From contig PFRX01000028.1 of the NCBI GenBank assembly GCA_002788775.1, positions 18,959 to 82,958 of the forward strand: a stretch of 64,000 nt of DNA, read 5' to 3'. The stretch's first letter is position 1. The number at the start of each line of letters is the position of its first letter. The position numbers and the translations under genes are program-made. The stretch is from Candidatus Peregrinibacteria bacterium CG_4_9_14_0_2_um_filter_53_11 (GTDB lineage: Bacteria > Patescibacteriota > Gracilibacteria > UBA1369 > UM-FILTER-53-11). Under the pieces are notes generated by a model. That model saw only the letters and a list, made by a program, of their open reading frames with translations, was not told where the DNA came from and searched no databases. Shown piece by piece: positions 40,699 through 52,246 of the stretch.

Positions 40699-41484
40699 AT
40701 GCGACACACCTTCATCATCTTCAGTAAGCTCTGCGACCTTAACTTTAAAAGGCTGCTGACCTACCGCGCGAGCTTCCTTATCTCGATGCTTTTGATGGGA
40801 ATGTGGGTCTTTGCCTACGCGCTACTGATCGAGGTGATCTTCAGCCACACACCAGACCTTGCCGGCTGGGGGAAGGGAGAGGTTCTTATGATTATGACCT
40901 TCTACTACTTGGTTCAGAACCTAAGTGACATCTTCTTCAAGGACGATATCGAAAACTTTGGCGAGCTGGTTCGGCGAGGCGACCTCGACCTGCGTATAAC
41001 AAAGCCGGCCCCCACACGCCTCCTCTCTTTTTTCTGGACGATGCGTTTCGATCACACCGCCAGCCTGATCTCCACGGGCCTCCTCTTCGCCTATGCCCTT
41101 CACAACCTGGAAGTTCTCCCCACACTTACACAACTGGCCGCGGGCTTTGGACTCATGCTCGTCGCCCTCCTCCTCTACTTCAGCATTCTCTCACTCATCG
41201 CCACCTTCACCTTCTGGATCAGCAAAAACGACAGCTTCAACTCGCTCATCTTCAACCTCTCCCAGCTAGCTCGCTACCCACGTCAGATCTACACCTCCTT
41301 CTTTTCACGCTTCATTACCTTTGGGCTTCCTCTAGCCCTGATCGCAACTGTTCCCGCCGAGGCCGCCCTCGATCGATCGGAGGCCTTCGTACCACTTTAC
41401 CTGATCGGCATAACGGTTGTTTTCTACGCCGGCAGTCGGCTCTTCTGGTACTATGGCATGCGTCACTACACCTCGGCCAACTAA
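40699..41484 (+). CDS. ABC-2 family transporter permease (DUF990-type)
   Basis: GW...E, V..GDLD....KP, RYP..IY, Y.SAN end; start set at ATG 40699. Confidence 0.85.
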   Translation: MRHTFIIFSKLCDLNFKRLLTYRASFLISMLLMGMWVFAYALLIEVIFSHTPDLAGWGKGEVLMIMTFYYLVQNLSDIFFKDDIENFGELVRRGDLDLRITKPAPTRLLSFFWTMRFDHTASLISTGLLFAYALHNLEVLPTLTQLAAGFGLMLVALLLYFSILSLIATFTFWISKNDSFNSLIFNLSQLARYPRQIYTSFFSRFITFGLPLALIATVPAEAALDRSEAFVPLYLIGITVVFYAGSRLFWYYGMRHYTSAN

Positions 41485-41501
41485 ACGGCACCCGACACCC
41501 C

Positions 41502-42515
41502 ATGAGTCTTATACACGTACAGAATCTCACAAAACAGTTCGTCCAGTACAAGCGAAAGGCCGGCATCTGGGGCTCCATACGGGGCCTCTTCCACCGCGAG
41601 TCGAGCCTTGTCGAGGCTGTAAAAGAGATCTCTTTCGATATAAAGAAAGGTGAGTTTGTGGGATTTGTGGGGCCAAATGGTGCGGGAAAGACGACCACGC
41701 TCAAGATGCTCTCGGGCATCCTGACCCCAACCACAGGTGAGGCGACGGTGATGGGGTTTACTCCATGGAAGCGTGCCGACGAGTTCAAAAGACGCTTTGC
41801 TCTTGTTATGGGGCAGAAGAACCAGCTCTGGTGGGATCTCCCCGTTGTTGAGAGCCTTGAGTTCAACCGCGTCATGTACGATATTCCAAAAACGACCTAC
41901 ACGAGCCAGAAAGATACTCTCGTGAAGCTTCTTAACATCGAGCATGTACTCGAAACTCAGGTACGTAAGCTCTCTCTGGGTGAGCGCATGAAGTGTGAGC
42001 TTGCAGCTGCACTCCTACACCGTCCGGAGGTCCTGTTTCTGGATGAGCCGACGATCGGGCTGGATGTGGTCTCGCAACAAAATATCCGGGAGTTCCTCCG
42101 TAGCTACAACAAAGAGGAGGGCGCGACGATAATCCTCACCTCCCACTACATGGAGGACATCCGCCGTCTCTGCGAGCGCGTCATAATAATTTCAACGGGA
42201 ATGATTCTCTATGATGGCGATTATCAGCGACTCGTGGAGCACTTTGCCGATAGTAAATTAATTGAGATGAGCTTCAGGGAGGAGGTCTCACGCTCTGAGG
42301 TCGAGCGTTTTGGCGAGCTAGTGGAGTATAGTAAGACCCTCTGCAAGCTGGCGGTTCCGCGCAACGAGGTGAGAGAAAAAACCGCTCAGCTCCTGGAGCA
42401 CCTTCCCATCGAAGATATCTCGATCCGGGAGGAGTCGATGGAAGACATCGTCAGTGATATCTTTCAGGGAAAGAAGCTCGCCCCACACGATAACCCACCC
42501 CGGCAGATACCCTAA
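41502..42515 (+). CDS. ABC transporter ATP-binding protein
   Basis: GPNGAGKTT, LSLGERMK, LDEPTIGLD, TSH. Confidence 0.93.
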   Translation: MSLIHVQNLTKQFVQYKRKAGIWGSIRGLFHRESSLVEAVKEISFDIKKGEFVGFVGPNGAGKTTTLKMLSGILTPTTGEATVMGFTPWKRADEFKRRFALVMGQKNQLWWDLPVVESLEFNRVMYDIPKTTYTSQKDTLVKLLNIEHVLETQVRKLSLGERMKCELAAALLHRPEVLFLDEPTIGLDVVSQQNIREFLRSYNKEEGATIILTSHYMEDIRRLCERVIIISTGMILYDGDYQRLVEHFADSKLIEMSFREEVSRSEVERFGELVEYSKTLCKLAVPRNEVREKTAQLLEHLPIEDISIREESMEDIVSDIFQGKKLAPHDNPPRQIP

Positions 42516-44166
<1,651 letters not shown>

Positions 44167-44172
44167 CACTCC

Positions 44173-44751
44173 ATGATCGCCTATCTCGACGGAACCATTA
44201 TCGACAAGCACGAGCGCACGCTGATTATCGGCGTGGGCGGGGTGGGCTATCTGGTACACGTCTCACGCGCCATTCACGACCTCCACAACAAAGGTCAGGC
44301 CGTTGAACTCTTCATACATACCAACGTCAGAGAGGACGACCTCTCGCTCTACGGCTTCCCCGAGATGCGCCAGCTCGAGTTCTTTAAGCTCCTCATCGGG
44401 GTTTCAGGAGTTGGGCCGAGGAGCGCACTTGAGATTATGAACACGCCCCTTGAGCGCCTCCGCTCGGCGATCGCCCGCAAAGAGATCTTAGTCCTCACAA
44501 AGATACAGGGGATCGGGAAGAAGACGGCGGAGCGAATCTGTGTAGACCTTGAAAACAAGATGAGCCAGGAGGAGCTGACCGCACGCGCGGAGGAGGCTGA
44601 GCCCGATGAGCTAAGAGTGGGCGAGGACATAATCCAGGCCCTCATCTCTCTGGGCTACAAACGGCACCACGTCATGCACGGCCTGAAGGACATTCCCGAG
44701 ACGATCAGCAAAGAAGAAGATGTGATAAAATACTTCCTTCAACACGCCTAA
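44173..44751 (+). CDS. ruvA: Holliday junction branch migration protein RuvA
   Basis: MIAYL.G, GVGY, VRED...LYGF, VSGVGP, GIGKKTAERI, ALISLGY. Confidence 0.95.
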   Translation: MIAYLDGTIIDKHERTLIIGVGGVGYLVHVSRAIHDLHNKGQAVELFIHTNVREDDLSLYGFPEMRQLEFFKLLIGVSGVGPRSALEIMNTPLERLRSAIARKEILVLTKIQGIGKKTAERICVDLENKMSQEELTARAEEAEPDELRVGEDIIQALISLGYKRHHVMHGLKDIPETISKEEDVIKYFLQHA

Positions 44752-44754
44752 TCG

Positions 44755-45900
44755 ATGAAGATCCGCTACTCGCAAACGAGCACCACAGATAAGGCTGCAC
44801 TCAAGAGTCTCCGAGCTAAGCTCGACCTCCAGCGCGGCACGATCCAGGGACTCCCCTTTGCACGACTAAAGGACAACGACCCCGAGGAGATAATCAAGCT
44901 AGCCGCTCCCTACAAGCACTTTTCTCATATCTGCCTGGTGGGCCTCGGCGGCTCGAGCCTGGGAGTAAAGGCCATTGCTCATGCCCTGGGAGTGAGTAAG
45001 ATAACCTTTCTGGACAATATCGACCCACAGATGGTGAGTCAGCTCCTGGCCGGCCTCGATCCCAAAGAAACACTCTTTATCATTAGTAGTAAGTCGGGAG
45101 GAACGATTGAGGTGATAAGTCTTGCACGGATTCTGCTCGAAAAGATCGCCCGCCCCTCACAGGTTGTAATCATCACAGACCCAACTCCAAGCCCTCTGAT
45201 GGAGCTGGCAGAGAAGCACAAGATACGTCAGATCATCAACTCTCCTGCCGACGTGCCCGGACGATTCTCGCTCCTGAGTGAGACGGGCCTCTTTCCCCTG
45301 GCCTGTGCCGGAGTTCCCATTGAAAAACTTGTGGAGGGTGCCCGCCAGACCAAGTGGAAGCAGGTTACAGAGCTCGCCGCACAGACCTACCTCAACGCAA
45401 AAAAAGGCCGCACGACCCTCCCCCTCTTCGTCTACAGCGAGCGCCTCTCAAAGCTCACCGACTGGTACATACAGCTCCTGGCGGAGAGCATCGGCAAGCG
45501 GCGTACCGTCGGCATCACTCCTCTTAAGGCGGTTGGAGTTAAGGACCAGCATGCCCAGCTTCAACTGTTTTTAGATGGCCCACGTGACAAGTTCTTCCTC
45601 TTTGTTAAGGCGGAAAACGATGGTCCCCAGCTCACGATTCCCGGTGAAGGCTACTCGCTCAATGCTCTCTTTGATGCGGAGTATCGCGGCGTAATAGGGG
45701 CCTTTAAGAAGCGGAAAAACTCATTTGGGGAGCTTGTCATTGAGGAGGTAGCCACAACGCAGCTTGGAGAACTCGTTTACCTTCTAGAACTGCAGGTTGC
45801 CTGTCTCGGCTCCCTCTACGGAATCAACTTTCAGAACCAGCCGGCCGTGGAGCTCAGTAAGCAGCTCACAAAACTGAGCCTGTCTAAACTCGTGCCATAA
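44755..45900 (+). CDS. pgi: Glucose-6-phosphate isomerase (short form)
   Basis: GLGGSSLG, SKSGGTIE, GRFS, QLLAESIGK, DQH.QLQ, QPAVE..K. Confidence 0.9.
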   Translation: MKIRYSQTSTTDKAALKSLRAKLDLQRGTIQGLPFARLKDNDPEEIIKLAAPYKHFSHICLVGLGGSSLGVKAIAHALGVSKITFLDNIDPQMVSQLLAGLDPKETLFIISSKSGGTIEVISLARILLEKIARPSQVVIITDPTPSPLMELAEKHKIRQIINSPADVPGRFSLLSETGLFPLACAGVPIEKLVEGARQTKWKQVTELAAQTYLNAKKGRTTLPLFVYSERLSKLTDWYIQLLAESIGKRRTVGITPLKAVGVKDQHAQLQLFLDGPRDKFFLFVKAENDGPQLTIPGEGYSLNALFDAEYRGVIGAFKKRKNSFGELVIEEVATTQLGELVYLLELQVACLGSLYGINFQNQPAVELSKQLTKLSLSKLVP

Positions 45901-45992
45901 GATGAGTTTGTGTTGTTAAAAAAAAACGACACGGGCATATTTTGTTTCTGTGAAGCCCCATAAACCCCTCACTCTATAACTAGTACATCAGT

Positions 45993-46073
45993 TTGACTAT
46001 ACGACAACAAGCAGTAGAATGCTTAAATAGGAGTCCAAACAAAATTGACATCCTCCCTCATGCCCTCTAACAT
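45993..46073 (+). promoter_or_regulatory. Tandem sigma70-like promoters
   Basis: TTGACT-16-TAGAAT (45993-46020) and TTGACA-17-TAACAT (46045-46073). Confidence 0.5.
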
Positions 46074-46082
46074 CGTGTTATT

Positions 46083-47147
46083 ATGTTTACGACCCAAGAC
46101 GATACGCAAGCTGTGACTGCAATACCAGCAGTTAAGGAGCTTGTAAACAACTTGCTCATCCTCCTCTCCCCCAAAGAAAAACATATTATAGAAAATCGCT
46201 ACAGTCTGAATGGGCGGCCCCACTCAACGCTGGAGCGGATTGGCCAGGAGTTCGGCGTCACCCGGGAGCGCATTAGGCAGATCGAAAAAAATGCACTTAA
46301 GAAGCTCTCAAGAAACGTCGTCAACACAAAGCTCAACATCTTCAATCAGCTCGGCAATACGATCATACAAAAATACGAAGGACTCGTCCTCGAAGAAAGA
46401 ATCATCAGTGAGATACTAAGCCTCGTGAGCTCTCCCGAGACTGTTGACCGATCCTCAATTCGCCTCTCACTCGAGCTGGACAGCAATCTTGAGCGCGTTC
46501 CAAATACCATCAACTGCTATCCCTACTTCAAGCTAAAGACACTCGAGAAGAGTGAGATCAATCGTATCGCCAGCTGGGCCCTTAAGTATCTGACCAAGAA
46601 AAAAACTGTCGAGGCCCTCGATGCTCTGGTTGCAGCTTACTCAAAGGAGTTTGCAAAGAATATCAGCAAGCAGTTTATGAGCTCAGCCCTCTCCCTCGAT
46701 CGACGGCTGAAGCTCCTCAAAAAGGGCGTGGGACTCGCTTCATGGCGCTCGATTAATCCACGCACACTCCGTGACAAGATAACCTACATCCTCAAGGATC
46801 ATGGGAAGTCCCTTCACTACGTTGAAATTGCAAATCGCATTGCCGAGAGCAAGTTCGACAAGAAGATGATCAACGTACAGGCTGTTCACAACGAGCTGAT
46901 TCGCGATGAGACCTTCGTTCTTATCGGCAGAGGGATCTATGCGCTCCGTGCATGGGGATATGTTGATGGGACGGTCGCTGATGTCATTGCGGATATCCTC
47001 CGCACCAATGGTTCTCTCGAGCGCGACGCCATCATAGCTGAAGTACTGAAGCGACGGCAGGTTAAGCGGATCACGATCATTCTCAACCTTAAGAACAAGC
47101 CTATATTCGAGCGTGTGGGACGTAACGTCTACTCTCTCAAGGGTTAA
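46083..47147 (+). CDS. Sigma70 region-4 HTH plus HARE-HTH/RpoE(delta)-like protein
   Basis: TLERIGQEFGVTRERIRQIE; C-terminal LHY.EI..VHNELIRD..FVLIGRGIYAL..WG. Confidence 0.8.
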   Translation: MFTTQDDTQAVTAIPAVKELVNNLLILLSPKEKHIIENRYSLNGRPHSTLERIGQEFGVTRERIRQIEKNALKKLSRNVVNTKLNIFNQLGNTIIQKYEGLVLEERIISEILSLVSSPETVDRSSIRLSLELDSNLERVPNTINCYPYFKLKTLEKSEINRIASWALKYLTKKKTVEALDALVAAYSKEFAKNISKQFMSSALSLDRRLKLLKKGVGLASWRSINPRTLRDKITYILKDHGKSLHYVEIANRIAESKFDKKMINVQAVHNELIRDETFVLIGRGIYALRAWGYVDGTVADVIADILRTNGSLERDAIIAEVLKRRQVKRITIILNLKNKPIFERVGRNVYSLKG

Positions 47148-47242
47148 GACGGCGCGAAGGACAGGCACGACGGGAGGTTCACAAATGATTAGGGGCTCTT
47201 TTGGCAGCAGCAATAAATTAACGGTAGCTTTTTGCTATACTC

Positions 47243-47380
47243 AGCCCCAGAGCGGTGCCTATCAGCCCGCCGGCTACCGCATCCGAGAGCGTCCGTAAGG
47301 GCCATGTAGGATGAGGAGACGAGCCAGCCGAGGACAACTGCCTGAACGACGGCGGACGCAGTCCTAATGGCCTTGGGGCT
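47243..47380 (+). ncRNA. Candidate structured non-coding RNA (unassigned)
   Basis: Between convergent genes; TGCTATACT extended -10 at 47233-47241; several long complementarities; no credible ORF. Confidence 0.4.
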
Positions 47381-47407
47381 TCCTGTGAGGGGGCCACCCT
47401 ATTGGGC

Positions 47408-50230
47408 CTACTCTACCTCGACAATCTCCACGTCATCGATCCACAGCTCGCCGACCTCGTGGTCGATGTAGCGGAGGCCATCGGCGGAGACCTCTCCGTC
47501 AGAAGAACGGAAAATTAGGCGGAAGTCTGACTCGTAGTTGTTGGGAACCGTGAAGGTTCGCTCGTAGTAGGTCCAGTCGTTCACGGTATAGAGAATAGGC
47601 AGCTCCTCAAAGGCAACGAGCTCAAAGTCCTGGTTTGAGTTGGCGATACCTAGACGAGGCGTCACCGAGCCGGTTACCTTGTACCAGAAGGAGAAGGTAT
47701 ACTGTTGGCCGGCTCTAACGGGAATGCCAAGTTGCTGCGTACCGGCATCGTCGCGGCGCTGGGGGATCGGATCAGGTGGCGTCGTAATGTAGAGAGCCTG
47801 CTCACCGGAGTGAACAACATCTCTCACTTTCTGGAAGATACCGGGGCCGGCAAAAGGCAGCCACTGATCGACACCATCAGCTTCCATATCACCATCTCGG
47901 ACAAAGGCGAGCTCGGGAACCTCCTCGATCAGCACCTCATCTAGGTACCCCTCACCATTGTTAATGCGGATAACGAGACGGAAGTCCTTGATAGTACCAT
48001 CGGCATTTACGCCGATAGCCTCGGGCGTGAAAAAGCGTTCGTAGGTCTTCCAGTCACCATTCGTTGGTTGGAGGTTGACCTGTACTCCTTCAATATCCAC
48101 ATTTGATGAGCGGTTACCAAGCGTGGTCGAGAGCTTACCCGAAACCAGCTTGTATTTGAAGGCATAGCGGTAGGTTTTTCCGGCAACAACCGGGAGGTAG
48201 AGCTGCTGAACTCCCGCGTTCTTACCACGTGTATCGAGGTAGATGCCCTGGGAGGCACTCGACGCCTCTGCCGAGGTCTTTTCAAGAGTGACAGGCCTGC
48301 CCCAACTCTTCCAAGCGTCCAGCCCCGGAAGCTCCATATCTCCATCACTCACATACTCTATGGCATCCACCGCTTCAATATTCACATCATCAAGGAAGGC
48401 CTCACCACCACGGACTCTGAGTACCATTCGGAAGTCCGGAATGATTACACCCTCGCCCGCTAGAGCTGACGGAGCCATAAAGTAGCGCTCATAGGTACGC
48501 CACTCATCCGGCGCTGCACTCAGAACGGTCACCTTGCTTTCGAGGTCACCATTCGAGGTGTGGATGCCCAAGTTCGTTTCGAGGGTTCCCGACTTGAGTT
48601 TGTATCTGAAGCTGTATTTGTAAGCCTGTCCTCCCAGTACGGCAAGACCAAGCTGCTGCACTCCGGCATGCCTATTTCTCGCATCAAGATAGAGACTCTG
48701 GCGTCCGGCTGAGAACTCAGTCGTGCTCTTAGATTTGGCCGTTGGCGTTCCCCAGCTGCGCCATGCGGCGACGCCGGCAGACTCCATCGTTCCATCATTA
48801 ACCAAGTTTGTTGAGACCTGCGCCTTCAAGTTGATGACAAATGAAGGAACCAGTGGGTCGTTTAAGTTGATCGTCATCCGGGCAGTACGCTCACCAAGAT
48901 TGGGCTGGGAGAAGCGCACTTTAAATTCGGTTGAGGCACCAACGACAAGAGCATCATTAGGCACTCCCACCAAAGTGAAGAGCTCAGCCTCAGCTCCGGT
49001 AAGAGCTACCCGTGGATTACCGGTAAGCAAGAGGGTATCGGTTCCCAGATTTGAAAGGCGAATCGTAACTTCTCCAACCTCATCGGGCGCCAAGATACCG
49101 AAACTCGCCTCACCTCCTGTAGAACGAACGGAGTCATTCACCGTCAGCTTAATGCTGGGCTGCCCTTCGACAACCGGAATCTTAATGCGTCCCAGATAAG
49201 TCGCAACGCGCGTAATATTACCGTCAAAAATCCTTATAAAGAAACCACGGAGGAGGTTGAAGCGAGCACGTGCGACCACATCAGCGGTATCGAGCCCCAG
49301 AGAGGCGAAGTTCACGCCGGAGCCATCGGGCAGAACGACTCCATCACCGGCAACGACCACAGCCGAGCCATCGGAGCGCGTCACGACGATCTCATTCCCC
49401 TGAGCTCCCTGATTAACATCTCCAACAGCCGGAGCACCAACAGACTGACCTACGTTCACCGGAAAGCCGGCCAGCGCCTGCCCTGTGGCTTTACTCAAGC
49501 CGAGCAGAGTTCCATTTCGCGTAACACCAAAAAGTTTATCTCCATCCTCAGCAAGAGGTTCTACAACTGCTGAAGGCGTTGCAAACTGAGCCGTTCGGGC
49601 CCACTGACCATTAGTTTCGGCATACAGTTCAATGCGATTTTGTCCGGGAAGAGCGACGGCAAGACCCCCCTCCGATGGTGCAGTGAGGGCCCCGGCCTCA
49701 CCCAGATTGAAGAGAGGTAGAGAAGTCCAGGTACCGTTCACCAAAGAATAGTCATAACGAACAACAGCCCCACCTGTTGTCGAAAGTACAACTGAATCCA
49801 AAGCACCAGCTACGCCACGTAAGACGACGGGATCATAGTGAACATCACCCGCGATAAGTGCGCTAACAACCTCATTGCCGCCTGATGAAAAGGCATTAAG
49901 GCTGTAGACGTTCTGGGCGGTTCGCGTGACTACAACGACCTCGTTAAGTCCATTCCCCGCCACATTGGCCATCACCGGTGAGGAGACGACCACGGCATTA
50001 TCTATAAAGATCGGAAAGCCGCTCAGGAGGTTCCCCTCATATGAGTAGCCCTGAAGAGCTCCATCGCTGCTTGTTGCGAAGCGTTCGGCTCCGGGAGAGG
50101 TAGTATCGAGCTCACCGAGGGTGGGCAGAAAACTGCTCTCACGCGCGAGCGCCGTTGTGGAAGCCACGATTAGTGAGGTGAGCGCCAGCAGAGCCAGCAG
50201 ACCGAGTTTTTTACGGATTGGGATAACCAT
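47408..50230 (-). CDS. Secreted protein: FG-GAP/beta-propeller-like + Ig-like (ASH/choice-of-anchor D) + three tandem CBM4/9-like domains
   Basis: Signal peptide; SSPVMANV/APAVGDV; I.N.G...L; three ~150-aa repeats starting V.DG.ME..G...W and ending D(D/E)V.IE.V. Confidence 0.75.
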   Translation of the reverse strand: MVIPIRKKLGLLALLALTSLIVASTTALARESSFLPTLGELDTTSPGAERFATSSDGALQGYSYEGNLLSGFPIFIDNAVVVSSPVMANVAGNGLNEVVVVTRTAQNVYSLNAFSSGGNEVVSALIAGDVHYDPVVLRGVAGALDSVVLSTTGGAVVRYDYSLVNGTWTSLPLFNLGEAGALTAPSEGGLAVALPGQNRIELYAETNGQWARTAQFATPSAVVEPLAEDGDKLFGVTRNGTLLGLSKATGQALAGFPVNVGQSVGAPAVGDVNQGAQGNEIVVTRSDGSAVVVAGDGVVLPDGSGVNFASLGLDTADVVARARFNLLRGFFIRIFDGNITRVATYLGRIKIPVVEGQPSIKLTVNDSVRSTGGEASFGILAPDEVGEVTIRLSNLGTDTLLLTGNPRVALTGAEAELFTLVGVPNDALVVGASTEFKVRFSQPNLGERTARMTINLNDPLVPSFVINLKAQVSTNLVNDGTMESAGVAAWRSWGTPTAKSKSTTEFSAGRQSLYLDARNRHAGVQQLGLAVLGGQAYKYSFRYKLKSGTLETNLGIHTSNGDLESKVTVLSAAPDEWRTYERYFMAPSALAGEGVIIPDFRMVLRVRGGEAFLDDVNIEAVDAIEYVSDGDMELPGLDAWKSWGRPVTLEKTSAEASSASQGIYLDTRGKNAGVQQLYLPVVAGKTYRYAFKYKLVSGKLSTTLGNRSSNVDIEGVQVNLQPTNGDWKTYERFFTPEAIGVNADGTIKDFRLVIRINNGEGYLDEVLIEEVPELAFVRDGDMEADGVDQWLPFAGPGIFQKVRDVVHSGEQALYITTPPDPIPQRRDDAGTQQLGIPVRAGQQYTFSFWYKVTGSVTPRLGIANSNQDFELVAFEELPILYTVNDWTYYERTFTVPNNYESDFRLIFRSSDGEVSADGLRYIDHEVGELWIDDVEIVEVE

Positions 50231-50255
50231 AAAGTGGGGGAAATTAAGGGGTCAG

Positions 50256-51788
50256 TTACTGTTGTAGGTCGATATCTTCTTGCTCTCTCTCCCATGGAGC
50301 GATCCACTGGTCGAGCTGCTGCTGAGAGATTGTTGCGGGGAGTTTAAAGAGGAAGGGAAGGGGCGTGTAATCTTTTTTATTGGCAACTCCCATAATATAG
50401 CCCTCGTCGTTGATCGACTGGACCGTGTAACTGAACGGCCCCCACTCGTAGGTCTGCCAGTCCAGATTTTCGGGAAGAAGTTTCTCAATCTGCACAACCT
50501 TCTCGCCATCCCATAACAGAGGACGCATGCGGGGATAAAAGGCCTTATCCTCAACAAGGCCCGATCCAACCACCTGCCCCTTGTTATTGAGGCTGAGGTT
50601 TTCTGCACCCTCCCAGAGCTTCTTCATTACACCATCCTGCCAAAGATAGGTAGCGGAGGGAAATGCGTTATCAGGCTCGGCAGGCTCCTCGGCAAATCCC
50701 ACCACCTGCCCCTGTTCGTTGATCTCGAGCGGGGTGTTCCTCGCGCCGCCAAAGGTCGGTAAGACGGTTAGCGTGCCATGATCAAATAAGAAACCTATAT
50801 CGTAGGCAGAATCCGGCTTACTCGGCATCGTGCCGATCATCTGGCCCTTGTTATTGATGCGAAAGACGGAGATGTTTTTACCTTTGTTTGGAAGCTCATC
50901 ATTATGAAATGCCCCATCGTACCAGAGGAAGCTGGCAGACTCGGCTCCGCCCCTCAAGACTTGATCCCCAACAACCTGTCCAAGATCGTTAATTGAAGTA
51001 GCTGTGCCTTCAAAACCGCGGCCGCCAATTAAGGTGATCTTGCCATCGTCCCAGAGGAAGGGGCGATTAGGAGTGTCTCCTTCTCTGCCACCAACAACTC
51101 CCACAACCTGCCCCTTACTATTAACATCGAAAGGCACGTAGTAGTAGTTGGAGTCGGTAGAATAGGCCCGGGAGCTACCATTGCTCCAGAGATGGCCCTC
51201 AAAGGCCAGTGCTCCTTCACTATTAAGGTGGAGGTCGCCATTTGAAAGATGATCGGTCCCCAACTCCAGCTCGAGCACTCCCCCCTCGGGAAGGTAGAGC
51301 TTGGGTAGCTTCCGACTCTGCTGGATCGTATAAGCCTCCTCCTTATAAGTCTTGAGCTGAACCTCCGGAAGAGTTACCACATCTTTTTCAGAGTGGCGCT
51401 GATCGGCCTCCAGATAGCCCTGATCAATTGCGACCTTCTGAGCAGACTGAATAAGATAGAGCTGCTCCGTCTCAGCCGACCGAACAAAAGTCGTTCGTCG
51501 CAGCCTTAGGAGCTCGCGGAACGAGACCTGCCGAGCATCACGATAGCTGAGTCCCAACTCTCTGAGTGTTTTTGAAGAAATAGCCACCCGCCTGCCCTTT
51601 TCTACGACGTAAACGGTACGACGATTTTTAGCCCGCACCAGATCGACTCCCAGTGCCGTTGCCTTTTCAGAGACGACGCTGAGCTGCCCGCTCTCGCCTC
51701 CCGCACCAACGGCCGCATGAGCGGGAAGAGTCCCGACAAGAAGGGTTAGAAGCAGAAGTCCGCTGGTGAGTGAGATGGATTTTTTCAT
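50256..51788 (-). CDS. Secreted protein with HAF extracellular repeats (DUF3466-like)
   Basis: Signal peptide; repeats INDLGQVVG, INNKGQMIG, INEQGQVVG, LNNKGQVVG, INDEGYIMG. Confidence 0.8.
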   Translation of the reverse strand: MKKSISLTSGLLLLTLLVGTLPAHAAVGAGGESGQLSVVSEKATALGVDLVRAKNRRTVYVVEKGRRVAISSKTLRELGLSYRDARQVSFRELLRLRRTTFVRSAETEQLYLIQSAQKVAIDQGYLEADQRHSEKDVVTLPEVQLKTYKEEAYTIQQSRKLPKLYLPEGGVLELELGTDHLSNGDLHLNSEGALAFEGHLWSNGSSRAYSTDSNYYYVPFDVNSKGQVVGVVGGREGDTPNRPFLWDDGKITLIGGRGFEGTATSINDLGQVVGDQVLRGGAESASFLWYDGAFHNDELPNKGKNISVFRINNKGQMIGTMPSKPDSAYDIGFLFDHGTLTVLPTFGGARNTPLEINEQGQVVGFAEEPAEPDNAFPSATYLWQDGVMKKLWEGAENLSLNNKGQVVGSGLVEDKAFYPRMRPLLWDGEKVVQIEKLLPENLDWQTYEWGPFSYTVQSINDEGYIMGVANKKDYTPLPFLFKLPATISQQQLDQWIAPWEREQEDIDLQQ

Positions 51789-51807
51789 GGGGGTGGTTAA
51801 GATAGTA

Positions 51808-52215
51808 CTAATTGGCTTGGATTAGGTGTGCATCGGGAGAAGGCACTGCTTCAGGCTTCTGCTCATCTTCGTCAAAAAAAATCTTATCTTCCAAATCGAT
51901 ACAGGGCCCCATTTTCGTTATATTAGGGCTCGTCGTGTCGAATAGGCAGACGTAACGAGCATTATCACTTAGACGTAGTTCAATACGGCCGTATCCCGCA
52001 TGGTTCTGCCCAAAACTATAGGCTTGGTGCTCTCCGTCCGGATAGACTACCTCCAACCTCTTAGTATCGTCTCGGCCCGGTGAATCATTCTCAACCCTGC
52101 TGAACGACACCCTGGTTCCATCCGGTGTGATCCAAAGGGTACCGGAAGATCGTCCGCAGGCAGCCACGAGTATCAGTAGTGTAAGTGAGAGAAGTGTTAT
52201 TATGGTGATTTTCAT
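51808..52215 (-). CDS. Putative lipoprotein
   Basis: Hydrophobic signal with VAAC lipobox. Confidence 0.65.
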   Translation of the reverse strand: MKITIITLLSLTLLILVAACGRSSGTLWITPDGTRVSFSRVENDSPGRDDTKRLEVVYPDGEHQAYSFGQNHAGYGRIELRLSDNARYVCLFDTTSPNITKMGPCIDLEDKIFFDEDEQKPEAVPSPDAHLIQAN

Positions 52216-52246
52216 GCTTTAGGTTTTGAAAATAATCATATACGGA

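Noticed and set aside
45977..45986. TAACTAGTAC resembling half of the E. coli trp operator
   Set aside because: Only a half-site, the downstream gene is unrelated, and the TrpR-like protein here is YerC-type with a different candidate operator.
47289..47374. HDV-like ribozyme or SRP RNA assignment for the candidate ncRNA
   Set aside because: No room for P4 and J4/2 between the two 3' arms, and the SRP helix-8 internal-loop consensus around the GNRA loop is missing.
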